Assembly: GCF_017876815.1 (NCBI RefSeq)
Contig: NZ_JAGIOS010000001.1
Span: 3,210,001 to 3,242,000 of the forward strand
Direction of reading: 5' to 3'
Origin: Sinorhizobium meliloti
GTDB lineage: Bacteria > Pseudomonadota > Alphaproteobacteria > Rhizobiales > Rhizobiaceae
Length of the DNA stretch: 32,000 nt
Below the pieces are notes generated by a model that saw only the letters and a list, made by a program, of their open reading frames with translations, did no database searches and was not told the origin of the DNA. Positions 16,183 through 24,472 of the stretch are shown here, piece after piece. Positions within the stretch are counted from its first letter, which is position 1; each line of letters opens with the position of its first letter. The position numbers and the translations under genes were made by a program.

Positions 16183-17168
16183 TCGACGTATCCGTTGGCC
16201 TTGAGGAATTCGAGCTGGTTGGCGAGGTCGCTCTGCGCCCGTTTGGTGAACTCCTCTTCCTTCCAGTCGGGGCTATCCTGGAACTGCTCGGTCTGGAACT
16301 TCTTCCAGTCCTCGGATGCGGTCACTTTGTCCACTGCAGCCTGGATGGCGCCGACGGCGTCGTCGGGTGTTCCCGCCTTTACCGCGACACCGCGCCAGAT
16401 CGCCCCCTCGATGTCGTAGCCCTGCTCCTTGAACGTCGGTACGTCGGGCAGGAACGCGCTACGCTCGTCGGTCGAAACGCCAAGCAGCTTGATCTCGCCG
16501 CTTTTGACCTGCGCAAGGCCGGTCGATGGCGTCATCATGGCAGCATCGAGGTGCTTGCCGAGGAGGCCGAGCGTCACCTTGCCTGACGCGTCATGCGGGA
16601 TCCAGCCGCTCTCGAAACCGCCCTTCTTCATGAGCTGGTACAGCATGTACTGATGAAAGCCGCCGGGCGCATGGCCGCCGACCTTCAGCCCGTTCGGATT
16701 GTCCTTCATGTATTTGGTGAAATCGTCGACGGACTTGAATTGGCTGTCGGAAAGCACCGCAAGCGAAGACGGCTCCGACTGCATGGCCCGAAGCAGGCGG
16801 AAATCCTCGAGTTCGAAGGGAATGAGCCCCTGGGCGATGCCGAAGGTCAGCGTTCCGGTGAGGACGAGGATGTTGTAGCCGTCGGCCGGCTGCGTCATGA
16901 TCTGCGAGACGCCGACGGCGCCGCTCCCGCCCGGCCTGTTGTCTACCTTCACCGTCCACCCTGCCTCCTTTTCCAGGAGCTCGGCGAGCTTGCGGCCGTA
17001 AGTGTCGAGCGCTCCTCCGGCACCCGCCCAAACCACCAGCGTCACCGGCTTTTCCGGAAATTCCGCGGCGATCGAGTTCGCCGGTACGGCAAATCCCGAC
17101 AGGGCGAGGGCCAGTCCCACAGCCGCGCCTGCCATGCGCGTCCCAAACGTTCTTCTTGTAATACTCAT
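16179..17168 (-). CDS. tctC: tripartite tricarboxylate transporter substrate-binding protein TctC (Bug family)
   Basis: ORF 16179..17234. ATG at 17166-17168 is preceded by GGAGGAG and gives 329 aa. Signal peptide MSITRRTFGTRMAGAAVGLALALSGFAVPANSIAAE has a twin-arginine-like TRRTF. Bug-family motifs EFPEKPVTLVV and DNRPGGSGAVG are present. Confidence 0.9.
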   Translation of the reverse strand: MSITRRTFGTRMAGAAVGLALALSGFAVPANSIAAEFPEKPVTLVVWAGAGGALDTYGRKLAELLEKEAGWTVKVDNRPGGSGAVGVSQIMTQPADGYNILVLTGTLTFGIAQGLIPFELEDFRLLRAMQSEPSSLAVLSDSQFKSVDDFTKYMKDNPNGLKVGGHAPGGFHQYMLYQLMKKGGFESGWIPHDASGKVTLGLLGKHLDAAMMTPSTGLAQVKSGEIKLLGVSTDERSAFLPDVPTFKEQGYDIEGAIWRGVAVKAGTPDDAVGAIQAAVDKVTASEDWKKFQTEQFQDSPDWKEEEFTKRAQSDLANQLEFLKANGYVE

Positions 17169-17193
17169 TTCTTCTCCTCCAGTTGGATGCTTT

Positions 17194-18711
17194 TCAACGG
17201 ACGGTGCCGTCCGCCGTTTCTTCGGTCCGCGCACTGGCGCGGTGCGCCTGGATCCGCCGCCAAAGCGGCGTCAGCAGGCTGACGAGGCTCAGGATGAGGA
17301 AGATCAGGCTGATCGGATCGGTGACGAAGATCGTGTAGTCGCCTTGCGAGGACACGAGCGCGGTACGGTAGTTCGACTCCACCAGATAGCCGAGCACCAT
17401 AGCCAGAATGACGGGGGCGACCGGGAAGCGGAGCTTCTTCATGAGATAGCCGACGACGCCGAAGCCGAGCATCAGATAAACGTCGAACATCAGGTTGCGG
17501 ATGGCGAAGGCGCCGAGAACGGCAAAGGCCATGATGCCGACGGCGATCACCGCATCGGGCAGTCGCATCACTCGGGCCATGAGCGGCAGGAAAAGAGAGC
17601 CGGCGGCATATTGCACCAGCGACGCGATGATCGTACCGAAAAGAATCGCATAGACCAGCGATGGCGCCTCGTTGAAGAGCTGCGGACCGGGATGCAGACC
17701 GTGCATGATAAGTGCGCCGACCATGATCGCAGTCGTCGGGGAACCGGGAACACCGAGCGCAAGGAGAGGCACGAGTGCGCCGCCGACTGTGGCGTTGTTG
17801 GCGGCTTCAGGTGCCGCGATGCCGTTTGCGGAGCCATTGCCGAACTCTTCGGGATGACGGTCCCGGGCGCGGGCATAATCTCGGGCGACCCAACAGGCGA
17901 TGTTGCCGCCGACGCCTGGAAGAATTCCGAGCAGCGTGCCGATGACCGAACCGGAGAGCATGGAGTGCCAGGTTTCCTTCCACAGCGCCGCTGACATGAA
18001 GACGTGGCCAACCTTGTCCTTGATGGACGGCGCCGACACCACGCGGCTCTCGACCATCGCTAGCGCTTCCGACACGGCGAAGAGGCCGATGAGTGCCGCC
18101 AGAAACGGTACGCCCTCATAGAGCTGGAAAAGTCCGAAGGTGAAGCGCGGCGTGCCGGCGATCGGATCTATGCCCACCGTCGCGAGCGCAAGACCGAAGG
18201 CCGCACAGGCAAGACCCTTCACCAGCGAACCGCCGGACAGTGCCGCGACCGAGCTCAGGCCGAATACGCCGACGGCGAAATATCCGGCCGGGCCGAACTT
18301 CAACGCCAGCGAGGCGAGCGGCATGGCCAGCAGCAGCAGCGCGAGCCCGCCGAGAACCCCGCCGACGGTGGAGGCCGTCAGTGAGATCGAGATCGCCTCG
18401 TTCGCCTTGCCCTGTCGAGCCATGGAATAGCCGTCGATCGCGGTCGCCGCAGCGGCGGCCGTGCCCGGCGTCGACAGGAGGATCGCGCTTATCGAGCCAC
18501 CATATTCGGCGGAGGTATAGAGCGAGATCATCAGCAGCATGCTGAGCTCGGGGCCGAGATTGTAGGTGAACGGGATGAGCAGGCTCAATCCGATCGACGG
18601 ACCAAGCCCGGGCAGGGCGCCGATGACGATCCCGAGCAGGGCCCCGGTGACGAGTACGGCAACTCCGGAAAGGCTGAAGATGACGCCGAGCGACTGTAAG
18701 ATACCGTCCAT
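17194..18711 (-). CDS. tctA: tripartite tricarboxylate transporter large permease TctA
   Basis: ORF 17194..18771. ATG at 18709-18711 gives MDGILQSLGVIF...GALPGLGPSIGLSLLIPFT...AEYGGSISAILLSTPGT (505 aa). The start lies 1 nt after the upstream gene's TGA. Confidence 0.92.
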   Translation of the reverse strand: MDGILQSLGVIFSLSGVAVLVTGALLGIVIGALPGLGPSIGLSLLIPFTYNLGPELSMLLMISLYTSAEYGGSISAILLSTPGTAAAAATAIDGYSMARQGKANEAISISLTASTVGGVLGGLALLLLAMPLASLALKFGPAGYFAVGVFGLSSVAALSGGSLVKGLACAAFGLALATVGIDPIAGTPRFTFGLFQLYEGVPFLAALIGLFAVSEALAMVESRVVSAPSIKDKVGHVFMSAALWKETWHSMLSGSVIGTLLGILPGVGGNIACWVARDYARARDRHPEEFGNGSANGIAAPEAANNATVGGALVPLLALGVPGSPTTAIMVGALIMHGLHPGPQLFNEAPSLVYAILFGTIIASLVQYAAGSLFLPLMARVMRLPDAVIAVGIMAFAVLGAFAIRNLMFDVYLMLGFGVVGYLMKKLRFPVAPVILAMVLGYLVESNYRTALVSSQGDYTIFVTDPISLIFLILSLVSLLTPLWRRIQAHRASARTEETADGTVR

Positions 18712-18712
18712 C

Positions 18713-19597
18713 TCAACTGTCCCTCGCCAAGCGGCGTGCGAGCACCGGCACGAAACCGCGATAGCCATCATTCACGGAGAGCCCCTGATCCTTCATCGCC
18801 GCATGGGCGGCGGCGATCGTCTCGCAGGCAGCCCGCGACATGGGGGCGTTCAAGCCGAAGGATTCTATCGTTTCGGCCGCTTCGGTCATCTCCGTCACGC
18901 GACGGGCGCCGTGCTCGAAGGTTCGGGAAAGGTAATAGTCGGCGACATCACGCCAGTCGAGGCCGGGAAAGGTCTCCTGGACCGAATCGAGAATGCGCTC
19001 GGTAACGCCGGCCCGTTCCGCCGAGGACAGAGCTTCGATCAGCAGGGCCTCGACGCCTTTGATCATCACCGAACGGATCATCTTCAGCGACGAAGCTTGG
19101 CCCGGGGTCTCACCGACCGCTTCGAGGTTCATGCCGAGCGCGTTTAGGCGCTCAGCCACCTCGACGGCGCGCCTGCCCGCGACGAGGATCGGAACCTTCT
19201 CCGCATAGGGTGGCACACGCGCCATGACGGCGCCTTCCACGAAGCTGCCCTTCCCGGTCGCGATGGCGCCGGCTGCGAGTGCCTTGGTGTCGGGCCCGAC
19301 GGAGTTGAGGTCGATGAAGACCGCCTCGTCGGAAAGATGCGGCGCCGCCGAGGCGGCGACGGCCTTCGTCGCGGCACCCACGACGAGCGACAGCACGACA
19401 TCCGCGCAAGCAATGCCGGCCACGTCGTCGAGCGGTTCGACACCGAGTTCCGCCGCTCGAGCCCGCAGGGCGCCGGAAGCAGCCGGGTCGTTGAAGCGCA
19501 AATCGTAAGCGGCGAGCCGCGCGGCGTTCCGGCCGCCAAGCCCGCCGGCGATGGACTGCGCTGCCTCGCCGAAGCCGATGAATGCAATCGTGATCAT
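18713..19597 (-). CDS. NAD(P)-dependent oxidoreductase, beta-hydroxyacid/6-phosphogluconate dehydrogenase-like (NAD_binding_2 + DUF1932-type C-terminus)
   Basis: ORF 18713..19630. ATG at 19595-19597 is preceded by GGGAGGA and gives 294 aa. Rossmann motif MITIAFIGFGEAAQSIAGGL is present. The C-terminal helical domain contains ...ASSLKMIRSVMIKGVEALLIEAL... Confidence 0.75.
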   Translation of the reverse strand: MITIAFIGFGEAAQSIAGGLGGRNAARLAAYDLRFNDPAASGALRARAAELGVEPLDDVAGIACADVVLSLVVGAATKAVAASAAPHLSDEAVFIDLNSVGPDTKALAAGAIATGKGSFVEGAVMARVPPYAEKVPILVAGRRAVEVAERLNALGMNLEAVGETPGQASSLKMIRSVMIKGVEALLIEALSSAERAGVTERILDSVQETFPGLDWRDVADYYLSRTFEHGARRVTEMTEAAETIESFGLNAPMSRAACETIAAAHAAMKDQGLSVNDGYRGFVPVLARRLARDS

Positions 19598-19637
19598 TCG
19601 TCCTCCCTGCAGAAATGGCTCCTGCGCCATCTCCCGC

Positions 19638-20312
19638 TCAATCGATATATTTCAGTCCTTTGGCGGCCAGTGCGCCGCGCATGTCGTAGATGTCCAGTCC
19701 CAGTTCGCCGGCGGCCAGCCGCTCACGCGTCTTGCGCTCCTTCTCGAGCCGGGCGCGCGAGGCCGCGACCGCTTGTTCGGCCTGCGCTTTCGGCACGACC
19801 ATGACCCCGTCGTCGTCGGCGATGACGACATCGCCGGGTGCCACGGTGGCGCCTGCGCAGACGATCGGCACGTTGACCGAACCAAGCGTCGCCTTCACCG
19901 TTCCCTGTGCCGAGACGAACCGCGACCAGACGGGAAAGCCGATTTCCTCCAATTCGCTGACGTCCCGTACCCCGGCCTCGATGATCAGTCCGCGCACGCC
20001 ACGCACCATGAGGGAGGTCGCAAGCAATTCGCCGAAATAGCCGGCGTCGCAAGGTGAGGTCGGTGCGACAACGAGAATGTCGCCTTCGCGGCATTGCTCG
20101 ACCGCTACATGGATCATCCAGTTGTCGGCAGGCGGTATCGAGACCGTTACCGCCGTACCCGCCACGCGCGCCCCGCGCCAGACGGGCCGCATATAGGACT
20201 GCATCAGGCCGGTACGGCCCATCGCCTCGTGCACCGTCGCAACGCCGCACTCCGCCAGGGCGTCTGCGAGGCTTCTATCGGTGCGCTCGATATTCCGGTG
20301 AACCACGCTCAT
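19638..20312 (-). CDS. RraA-fold class II aldolase, 4-carboxy-4-hydroxy-2-oxoadipate / 4-hydroxy-4-methyl-2-oxoglutarate aldolase (GalC/LigK)-like
   Basis: Real gene within ORF 19638..21059. ATG at 20310-20312 overlaps the upstream gene's TGA (ATGA) and gives 224 aa. The product reads ...[15 protein letters not shown]...[10 protein letters not shown]...[27 protein letters not shown]...[24 protein letters not shown]. Confidence 0.8.
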   Translation of the reverse strand: MSVVHRNIERTDRSLADALAECGVATVHEAMGRTGLMQSYMRPVWRGARVAGTAVTVSIPPADNWMIHVAVEQCREGDILVVAPTSPCDAGYFGELLATSLMVRGVRGLIIEAGVRDVSELEEIGFPVWSRFVSAQGTVKATLGSVNVPIVCAGATVAPGDVVIADDDGVMVVPKAQAEQAVAASRARLEKERKTRERLAAGELGLDIYDMRGALAAKGLKYID

Positions 20313-21049
20313 GCCAGCGCTCCATGGCCGAGGGTACCGGTGACGTGCGGGAAGACGGCCTCGTAGGCCTCTCCATAGGTGATCTTGTAGTCGGAATTGC
20401 GCGAGGCCTGGACGCCTCGCTGGAGGGCGACACGGGTATAATATTCCCAGAGATGCTCTTGTCCCTCCATGCACTTGATCGCCGCCAGTTTCTTCTCCCA
20501 GACATCGGTGATGTCGAGCAGGAAGTTTGGCTTCCAGTTGCATTGTTCCGGCTGGTGCGGCTCGAAGAGATAAACCGGCGGGGCGCCGAGTACGGGCGTG
20601 CTGGGCTTGTGCCCATGCGCCTGGGCTATGACACGCGCATGCTGGGCGAATTCGGTCGCCATCGGATGATCGAAGTTGTACGGGTCCTGCCGCGAGTGCG
20701 TCAGCATGAACTCCGGGCGTATTTCGCGGTAGAGGTCCACCAGCCGATCGAAAGCTTCCGGCGTCACCTGAATGGGATAATCGCCAAGATCGTAGAACAG
20801 GATATCGTGAACGCCGAGCGCCTTCGCGGCGTTCTCCGCCTCGCGCCGACGGTCCGCCTTCACGGTCTCGAGAGTCATTCCCGACTTCTTCCAAAGCTTC
20901 GCCGACTCGCCGCGCTCGCCGAAGGACAGGCAAACGACGGTGACTGCATAACCCTGTCTTGCGTGGGCCGCGATCGCGCCGCCAGCCCTCCAGACGAAGT
21001 CGGCCGAATGGGCGCTGACGACGAGTCCGGTCTTTTGATGCATATCCAT
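20309..21049 (-). CDS. galB: LmbE/PIG-L-fold protein, 4-oxalomesaconate hydratase (GalB)-like
   Basis: 246 aa: ...[41 protein letters not shown]...PYNFDHP...EPHQPEQC...[20 protein letters not shown]. This matches my memory of Pseudomonas putida GalB. The ATG at 21049 has GGAG only 1 nt away, so the ATG at 21043 (7-nt spacing) is the likelier start. Confidence 0.75.
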   Translation of the reverse strand: MDMHQKTGLVVSAHSADFVWRAGGAIAAHARQGYAVTVVCLSFGERGESAKLWKKSGMTLETVKADRRREAENAAKALGVHDILFYDLGDYPIQVTPEAFDRLVDLYREIRPEFMLTHSRQDPYNFDHPMATEFAQHARVIAQAHGHKPSTPVLGAPPVYLFEPHQPEQCNWKPNFLLDITDVWEKKLAAIKCMEGQEHLWEYYTRVALQRGVQASRNSDYKITYGEAYEAVFPHVTGTLGHGALA

Positions 21050-21088
21050 GCTCCTTCATTCTTCGGAGTGGACACTGGCACCGAACAG

Positions 21089-21117
21089 GGCTCGGGTGCT
21101 AATACGAAAGCCGAGCC
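21089..21117. promoter_or_regulatory. interrupted dyad GGCTCGG-N15-CCGAGCC in the divergent LysR/operon control region
   Basis: Read directly: 21089-21095 and 21111-21117. It lies between the galB-like start (21049) and the LysR start (21156). A palindromic -10-like CTATAG follows at 21121-21126. Function is inferred only. Confidence 0.3.
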
Positions 21118-21155
21118 ACGCTATAGTTTTTTTCGAATCTGCCTCTGGAGCAGAG

Positions 21156-22394
21156 ATGATCGCAATGGACATCAACCTCCGGCATCTGCGGGTCTTCATG
21201 CAGGTCTGCGAGACGGGCAGCCTCAACCGGGCGGCCGCCGAGCTGCACATTTCACAACCCTCCGTCTCGGTTGCGCTGGCGGGTATCGAGCGCCGCTTCG
21301 GCGCGAAACTCCTGTCACGCTATGCTGCCGGCAGTCAGCCGACGGCGGCCGGCGAGGTTCTCTTGATGCGGCTTCGCCGCATGGAGAACCAGATCGCCTC
21401 GGCGCTGGCCGAACTCTTCGGCGTGAGTTCGCAGCGAGACCCGACGCTGGTCGCCAAATGTCTCGCCCGGATCGGCTTTCGGCAGATCGAGGCGCTGATC
21501 GCCCTTTCCGGCAGCGGTTCGATTACCGAGGCCGCGCGCAGCGGCGGCGGCTCGCCGGCAGCGCTGCACCGGGCCTTGCACGACCTGCAGACCAATATCG
21601 GCAGGGCCATCCTTATGCGCAGTCCGGCCGGCGTGGCGCCGAATGCGCTAGGCCGCCGCCTTGCGATCCGCTGGCAGGTCGCTCTCACCGAACTGGAGCA
21701 GGCTGTGGATGAAATCCGTGAAAACGAGGGGCGCATGGAGGGGCGGATCAAGATTGCAAGTCTTCCGCTTGCGCGCACCCTGTTGCTTGCGCGCGCCGTC
21801 AACCCGCTTATGGCGGCTCACCCGAATGCTCGGGTGGAAGTCATGGATGGCTCTTACGAGGCTCTGTCGCAGCAGTTGCGCACCGGCGCGAGCGACATTC
21901 TGATCGGAGCGCTGCGTTCGGGCAGCGACCTCGAGGGGCTGCGGGCGGAGCCCCTTTTCGAGGACCCCTATGCGGTCGTCGGACGATCCGGGCACCCGCT
22001 TCTCAACAGCGACGGCAAGGGCGCATCGCTTGACCAGCTCGCCGCCCAGCAATGGGTCGCCCAGCGGCCCGGCACGCCTATCCGGGCCGCATTCGACGCG
22101 CTCTTTGCTGGTTGCCGGGATGCGCCAAGGGCGAGCATCGAGACGAGCTCGCTCGTTCTCACGCGTGCCATCATTCTGGAAAGCGACCGGCTGTCGATGC
22201 TCTCTCGCCGCCAGATCGCCATCGAGGAAAGAGAAAACCTTCTTGGCTGCGTTCCGGTCGCCGACGAGGTGCGCAGCCGGCTCCGGACGCGAACCATCGG
22301 TATCACCGTTCGGGAGAACTGGTTGCCGAGCAGGCTTCAGAAAACTTTTCTCGAATGCCTGCGCGTCGCGGCAGCGGGTCTCGGCCAGGCGTGA
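21156..22394 (+). CDS. LysR-family transcriptional regulator with duplicated N-terminal wHTH domain
   Basis: ORF 21048..22394. ATG at 21156 has GGAG 5-6 nt upstream and gives 412 aa. HTH1 covers residues ~5-65 (INLRHLRVFMQVCETGSLNRAAAELHISQPSVSVALAGIERRFGAKLLSR). HTH2 covers residues ~106-165 (IGFRQIEALIALSGSGSITEAARSGGGSPAALHRALHDLQTNIGRAILMR). A LysR substrate-binding domain follows from ~197 (GRIKIASLPLARTLL...). Confidence 0.85.
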   Translation: MIAMDINLRHLRVFMQVCETGSLNRAAAELHISQPSVSVALAGIERRFGAKLLSRYAAGSQPTAAGEVLLMRLRRMENQIASALAELFGVSSQRDPTLVAKCLARIGFRQIEALIALSGSGSITEAARSGGGSPAALHRALHDLQTNIGRAILMRSPAGVAPNALGRRLAIRWQVALTELEQAVDEIRENEGRMEGRIKIASLPLARTLLLARAVNPLMAAHPNARVEVMDGSYEALSQQLRTGASDILIGALRSGSDLEGLRAEPLFEDPYAVVGRSGHPLLNSDGKGASLDQLAAQQWVAQRPGTPIRAAFDALFAGCRDAPRASIETSSLVLTRAIILESDRLSMLSRRQIAIEERENLLGCVPVADEVRSRLRTRTIGITVRENWLPSRLQKTFLECLRVAAAGLGQA

Positions 22395-22420
22395 GTTCCG
22401 GTGTCCAACACGGACGTGCC

Positions 22421-22975
22421 TTACGCCCGCAGGCGGCTCAGGAACTGGGCGAAGACCATCGAGCCTTCCGGCCAGGGGCCGTGGCCGGACTCCGTGTTGA
22501 TGTGGCCGGCGTCGCCGGCATCGACGAGCAACGATCCCCAGGCGTTGGCGATGTCGCCGGCGTGCTCGTAAGAGCCGAAGGAATCGTTGCGGCTGGCCAC
22601 CATGACCGACGGGAAGGGCAGGGGATCGCGCGGATAGGGGCCGAAGGTCATCAGGTGTTTCGGCCGGATCTTCGGATTGGCGACGTCCGGCGGAGCAACC
22701 AGGAATGCGCCGGCAATCTGCCGCGTGCAGTGAGGCAGTGCGTGGATCGCCGTGGCAACGCCGAGCGAATGCGCGACGATGACGACAGGCTTCTCAGCGG
22801 CGTTGACCTCCTCGATCATGCGCGCCACCCAATCCTCCCGCACCGGCTTCGACCATTCTGCCTGCTCGACGCGGCGCGCGGTCGACAGTTTGCGCTCCCA
22901 TCGGGTCTGCCAATGGTTCGGGCCCGAGTTGGTGTAGCCGGGAACGATGAGGATGTGCGTTTCGGAAACCTTCAT
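22421..22975 (-). CDS. alpha/beta hydrolase, YdeN/RBBP9-like serine hydrolase family
   Basis: ORF 22421..23053. ATG at 22973-22975 gives MKVSETHILIVPGYTNSGPNHWQTRWE...VVIVAHSLGV...HIN (184 aa). The nucleophile elbow is AHSLG. Confidence 0.75.
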   Translation of the reverse strand: MKVSETHILIVPGYTNSGPNHWQTRWERKLSTARRVEQAEWSKPVREDWVARMIEEVNAAEKPVVIVAHSLGVATAIHALPHCTRQIAGAFLVAPPDVANPKIRPKHLMTFGPYPRDPLPFPSVMVASRNDSFGSYEHAGDIANAWGSLLVDAGDAGHINTESGHGPWPEGSMVFAQFLSRLRA

Positions 22976-23136
22976 GATCGTCGCGATTTGAAGTCGAAAA
23001 AGGCCGAAGTCAAGGCGGAGGCGACAGAGGCCGCATTTTCTGTATAATCGCACTCACAGCCGCGGTTCGACAGCGGCCAATCTTTTACCGCTGTCGCGGG
23101 TCCGTGGCTGCTCTGGTTCGTTGAGGAGTGTGAGCC

Positions 23137-23946
23137 ATGACAACCTTCCATGTTCTGTCGGGGGCAGATCCGACCGTCACGCATCCCGGCATACGAAAGA
23201 TTGGCATTGCGGATGTGTTCGACGCGTTGCGTTTCGGGCTGGATGACTTCCGGGAAAAGCCGTCGCATTATGTTTTTCTGTGCCTCATATATCCAATCGC
23301 CGGCGTCGTGCTGATGACGTGGAGTGCGGGAGCGAACATGCTGCCGCTGCTCTATCCGCTCGCTTCCGGCTTTGCCCTCATCGGGCCTGTTGCTGCCATC
23401 GCCCTCTACGAGGTCAGCAGGCGTCGCGAACTCGGCATGGACGCGCGATGGCCGCATGCAATGCGGCTGCATCGCCATCCGGCAATCCCGTCGATCCTCG
23501 CGGTTGCCGCTGTCCTCTTCGTGATCTTCGTCGTCTGGCTGCTCGTCGCCCAGGGTCTTTATATAACCATGTTCGGTCCGACGCCTCCGGCTTCTATCTC
23601 GGAGTTCTGGACCAGTGTGACGACCACCGAGCAGGGGTGGAACCTGATCCTCGTCGGCAATCTCGTCGGATTCGTCTTTGCCGTCGTCGTGCTGTCGATC
23701 AGCGTCGTGACCTTCCCGCTGCTGCTCGATCGCGACGTCGGTGCGCTGACGGCGATGGAAACTTCCGTCAGAGCGACGCTCGCCAACCCGGTGCCGGTGG
23801 CCCTGTGGGGTTTGATCATCGCAGCCGGACTGGTGATCGGCTCCATCCCGATCTTCGTCGGTCTTGCCGTCATCATGCCGATCTTCGGCCACGCGACGTG
23901 GCATCTCTACCGCAAGCTGGTGGAACCTGTCGGGGCGGCGCGATAG
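23137..23946 (+). CDS. DUF2189-like integral membrane protein
   Basis: 269 aa. ATG at 23137 has GAGGAG 8 nt upstream. The protein has about 5 TM segments. The family call rests on overall sequence resemblance to proteins often mis-annotated as cytochrome c oxidase subunit I-like, recalled from memory. Confidence 0.6.
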   Translation: MTTFHVLSGADPTVTHPGIRKIGIADVFDALRFGLDDFREKPSHYVFLCLIYPIAGVVLMTWSAGANMLPLLYPLASGFALIGPVAAIALYEVSRRRELGMDARWPHAMRLHRHPAIPSILAVAAVLFVIFVVWLLVAQGLYITMFGPTPPASISEFWTSVTTTEQGWNLILVGNLVGFVFAVVVLSISVVTFPLLLDRDVGALTAMETSVRATLANPVPVALWGLIIAAGLVIGSIPIFVGLAVIMPIFGHATWHLYRKLVEPVGAAR

Positions 23947-24019
23947 CGTCTCTCGAGCGGGGCGTTGGACGGCAGCAGCCCTCAACGCCCCGTGCCTCGA
24001 TCCGGTCCTTCACTCAAGG

Positions 24020-24325
24020 TCAGCGAAAGAACTTGTAATAGGACGAGATCTGGGCCGCCGTGTTCGAGGACAGGTTCAGCTTGATGCCGATCCTGTCGCC
24101 GCGAGCCCAGCGCACCATGCCGGAGAGAAAGCCGAGCTCCTCGCTCCGGATCGTCACCTCTTGGCCTGTCCGTGCGCCGATATCGAAGAGCAGCCTGAAG
24201 CAGATGCCTTCGTCGGAAAGATCCACCACAATCCCGTTGGTCGAACCCGTCTTGCAGGTGACGGTTCCGGTTATCTTGGTCTCTTCGCGCGAAGAGGCAC
24301 GCTGAACACTGTCCTTGTAAACCAT
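24020..24325 (-). CDS. stand-alone PilZ domain protein (c-di-GMP receptor candidate)
   Basis: ORF 24020..24358. ATG at 24323-24325 has GAGGAA 5 nt upstream and gives 101 aa. Both PilZ motifs are present: RxxxR (RASSR) and D/NxSxxG (DLSDEG). Confidence 0.8.
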   Translation of the reverse strand: MVYKDSVQRASSREETKITGTVTCKTGSTNGIVVDLSDEGICFRLLFDIGARTGQEVTIRSEELGFLSGMVRWARGDRIGIKLNLSSNTAAQISSYYKFFR

Positions 24326-24396
24326 GGTTTCCTCGAAACCTGATTGAGACAGCTGCAATCTTCACATGGAGCACCTAAAGGAACGCTAAAGACTTC

Positions 24397-24430
24397 GCCC
24401 GCATTTGAGCGAAGGACGTCAAATGCGGGC
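24397..24430. other. perfect 12-bp stem / 10-nt loop hairpin
   Basis: GCCCGCATTTGA (24397-24408), loop GCGAAGGACG, TCAAATGCGGGC (24419-24430). On the minus strand it is followed by the T-rich GAAGTCTTTAGCGTTCCTTT. It could terminate purB-operon transcription upstream of the PilZ gene. Confidence 0.45.
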
Positions 24431-24472
24431 CATGGAAGGACGCGCGCCAACCAGGGATCGGCGGTTTCTGTT

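Noticed and set aside
21076-21090. Sigma-54-like -24 element TGGCAC in the LysR/operon intergenic region
   Set aside because: The expected -12 TTGC after a 5-nt spacer is replaced by AGGG, so the site is not a convincing RpoN promoter.
20054-21712. 552-aa plus-strand ORF, plus similar long ORFs at 490..1533 (-), 4183..5136 (+), 22972..23985 (-), 24619..25947 (+), 26928..27950 (+) and 29073..30068 (+)
   Set aside because: Each lies opposite or out of frame to a gene with strong family signatures. The products are Arg/Pro/Gly/Asp-rich, as expected from GC-rich non-coding frames.
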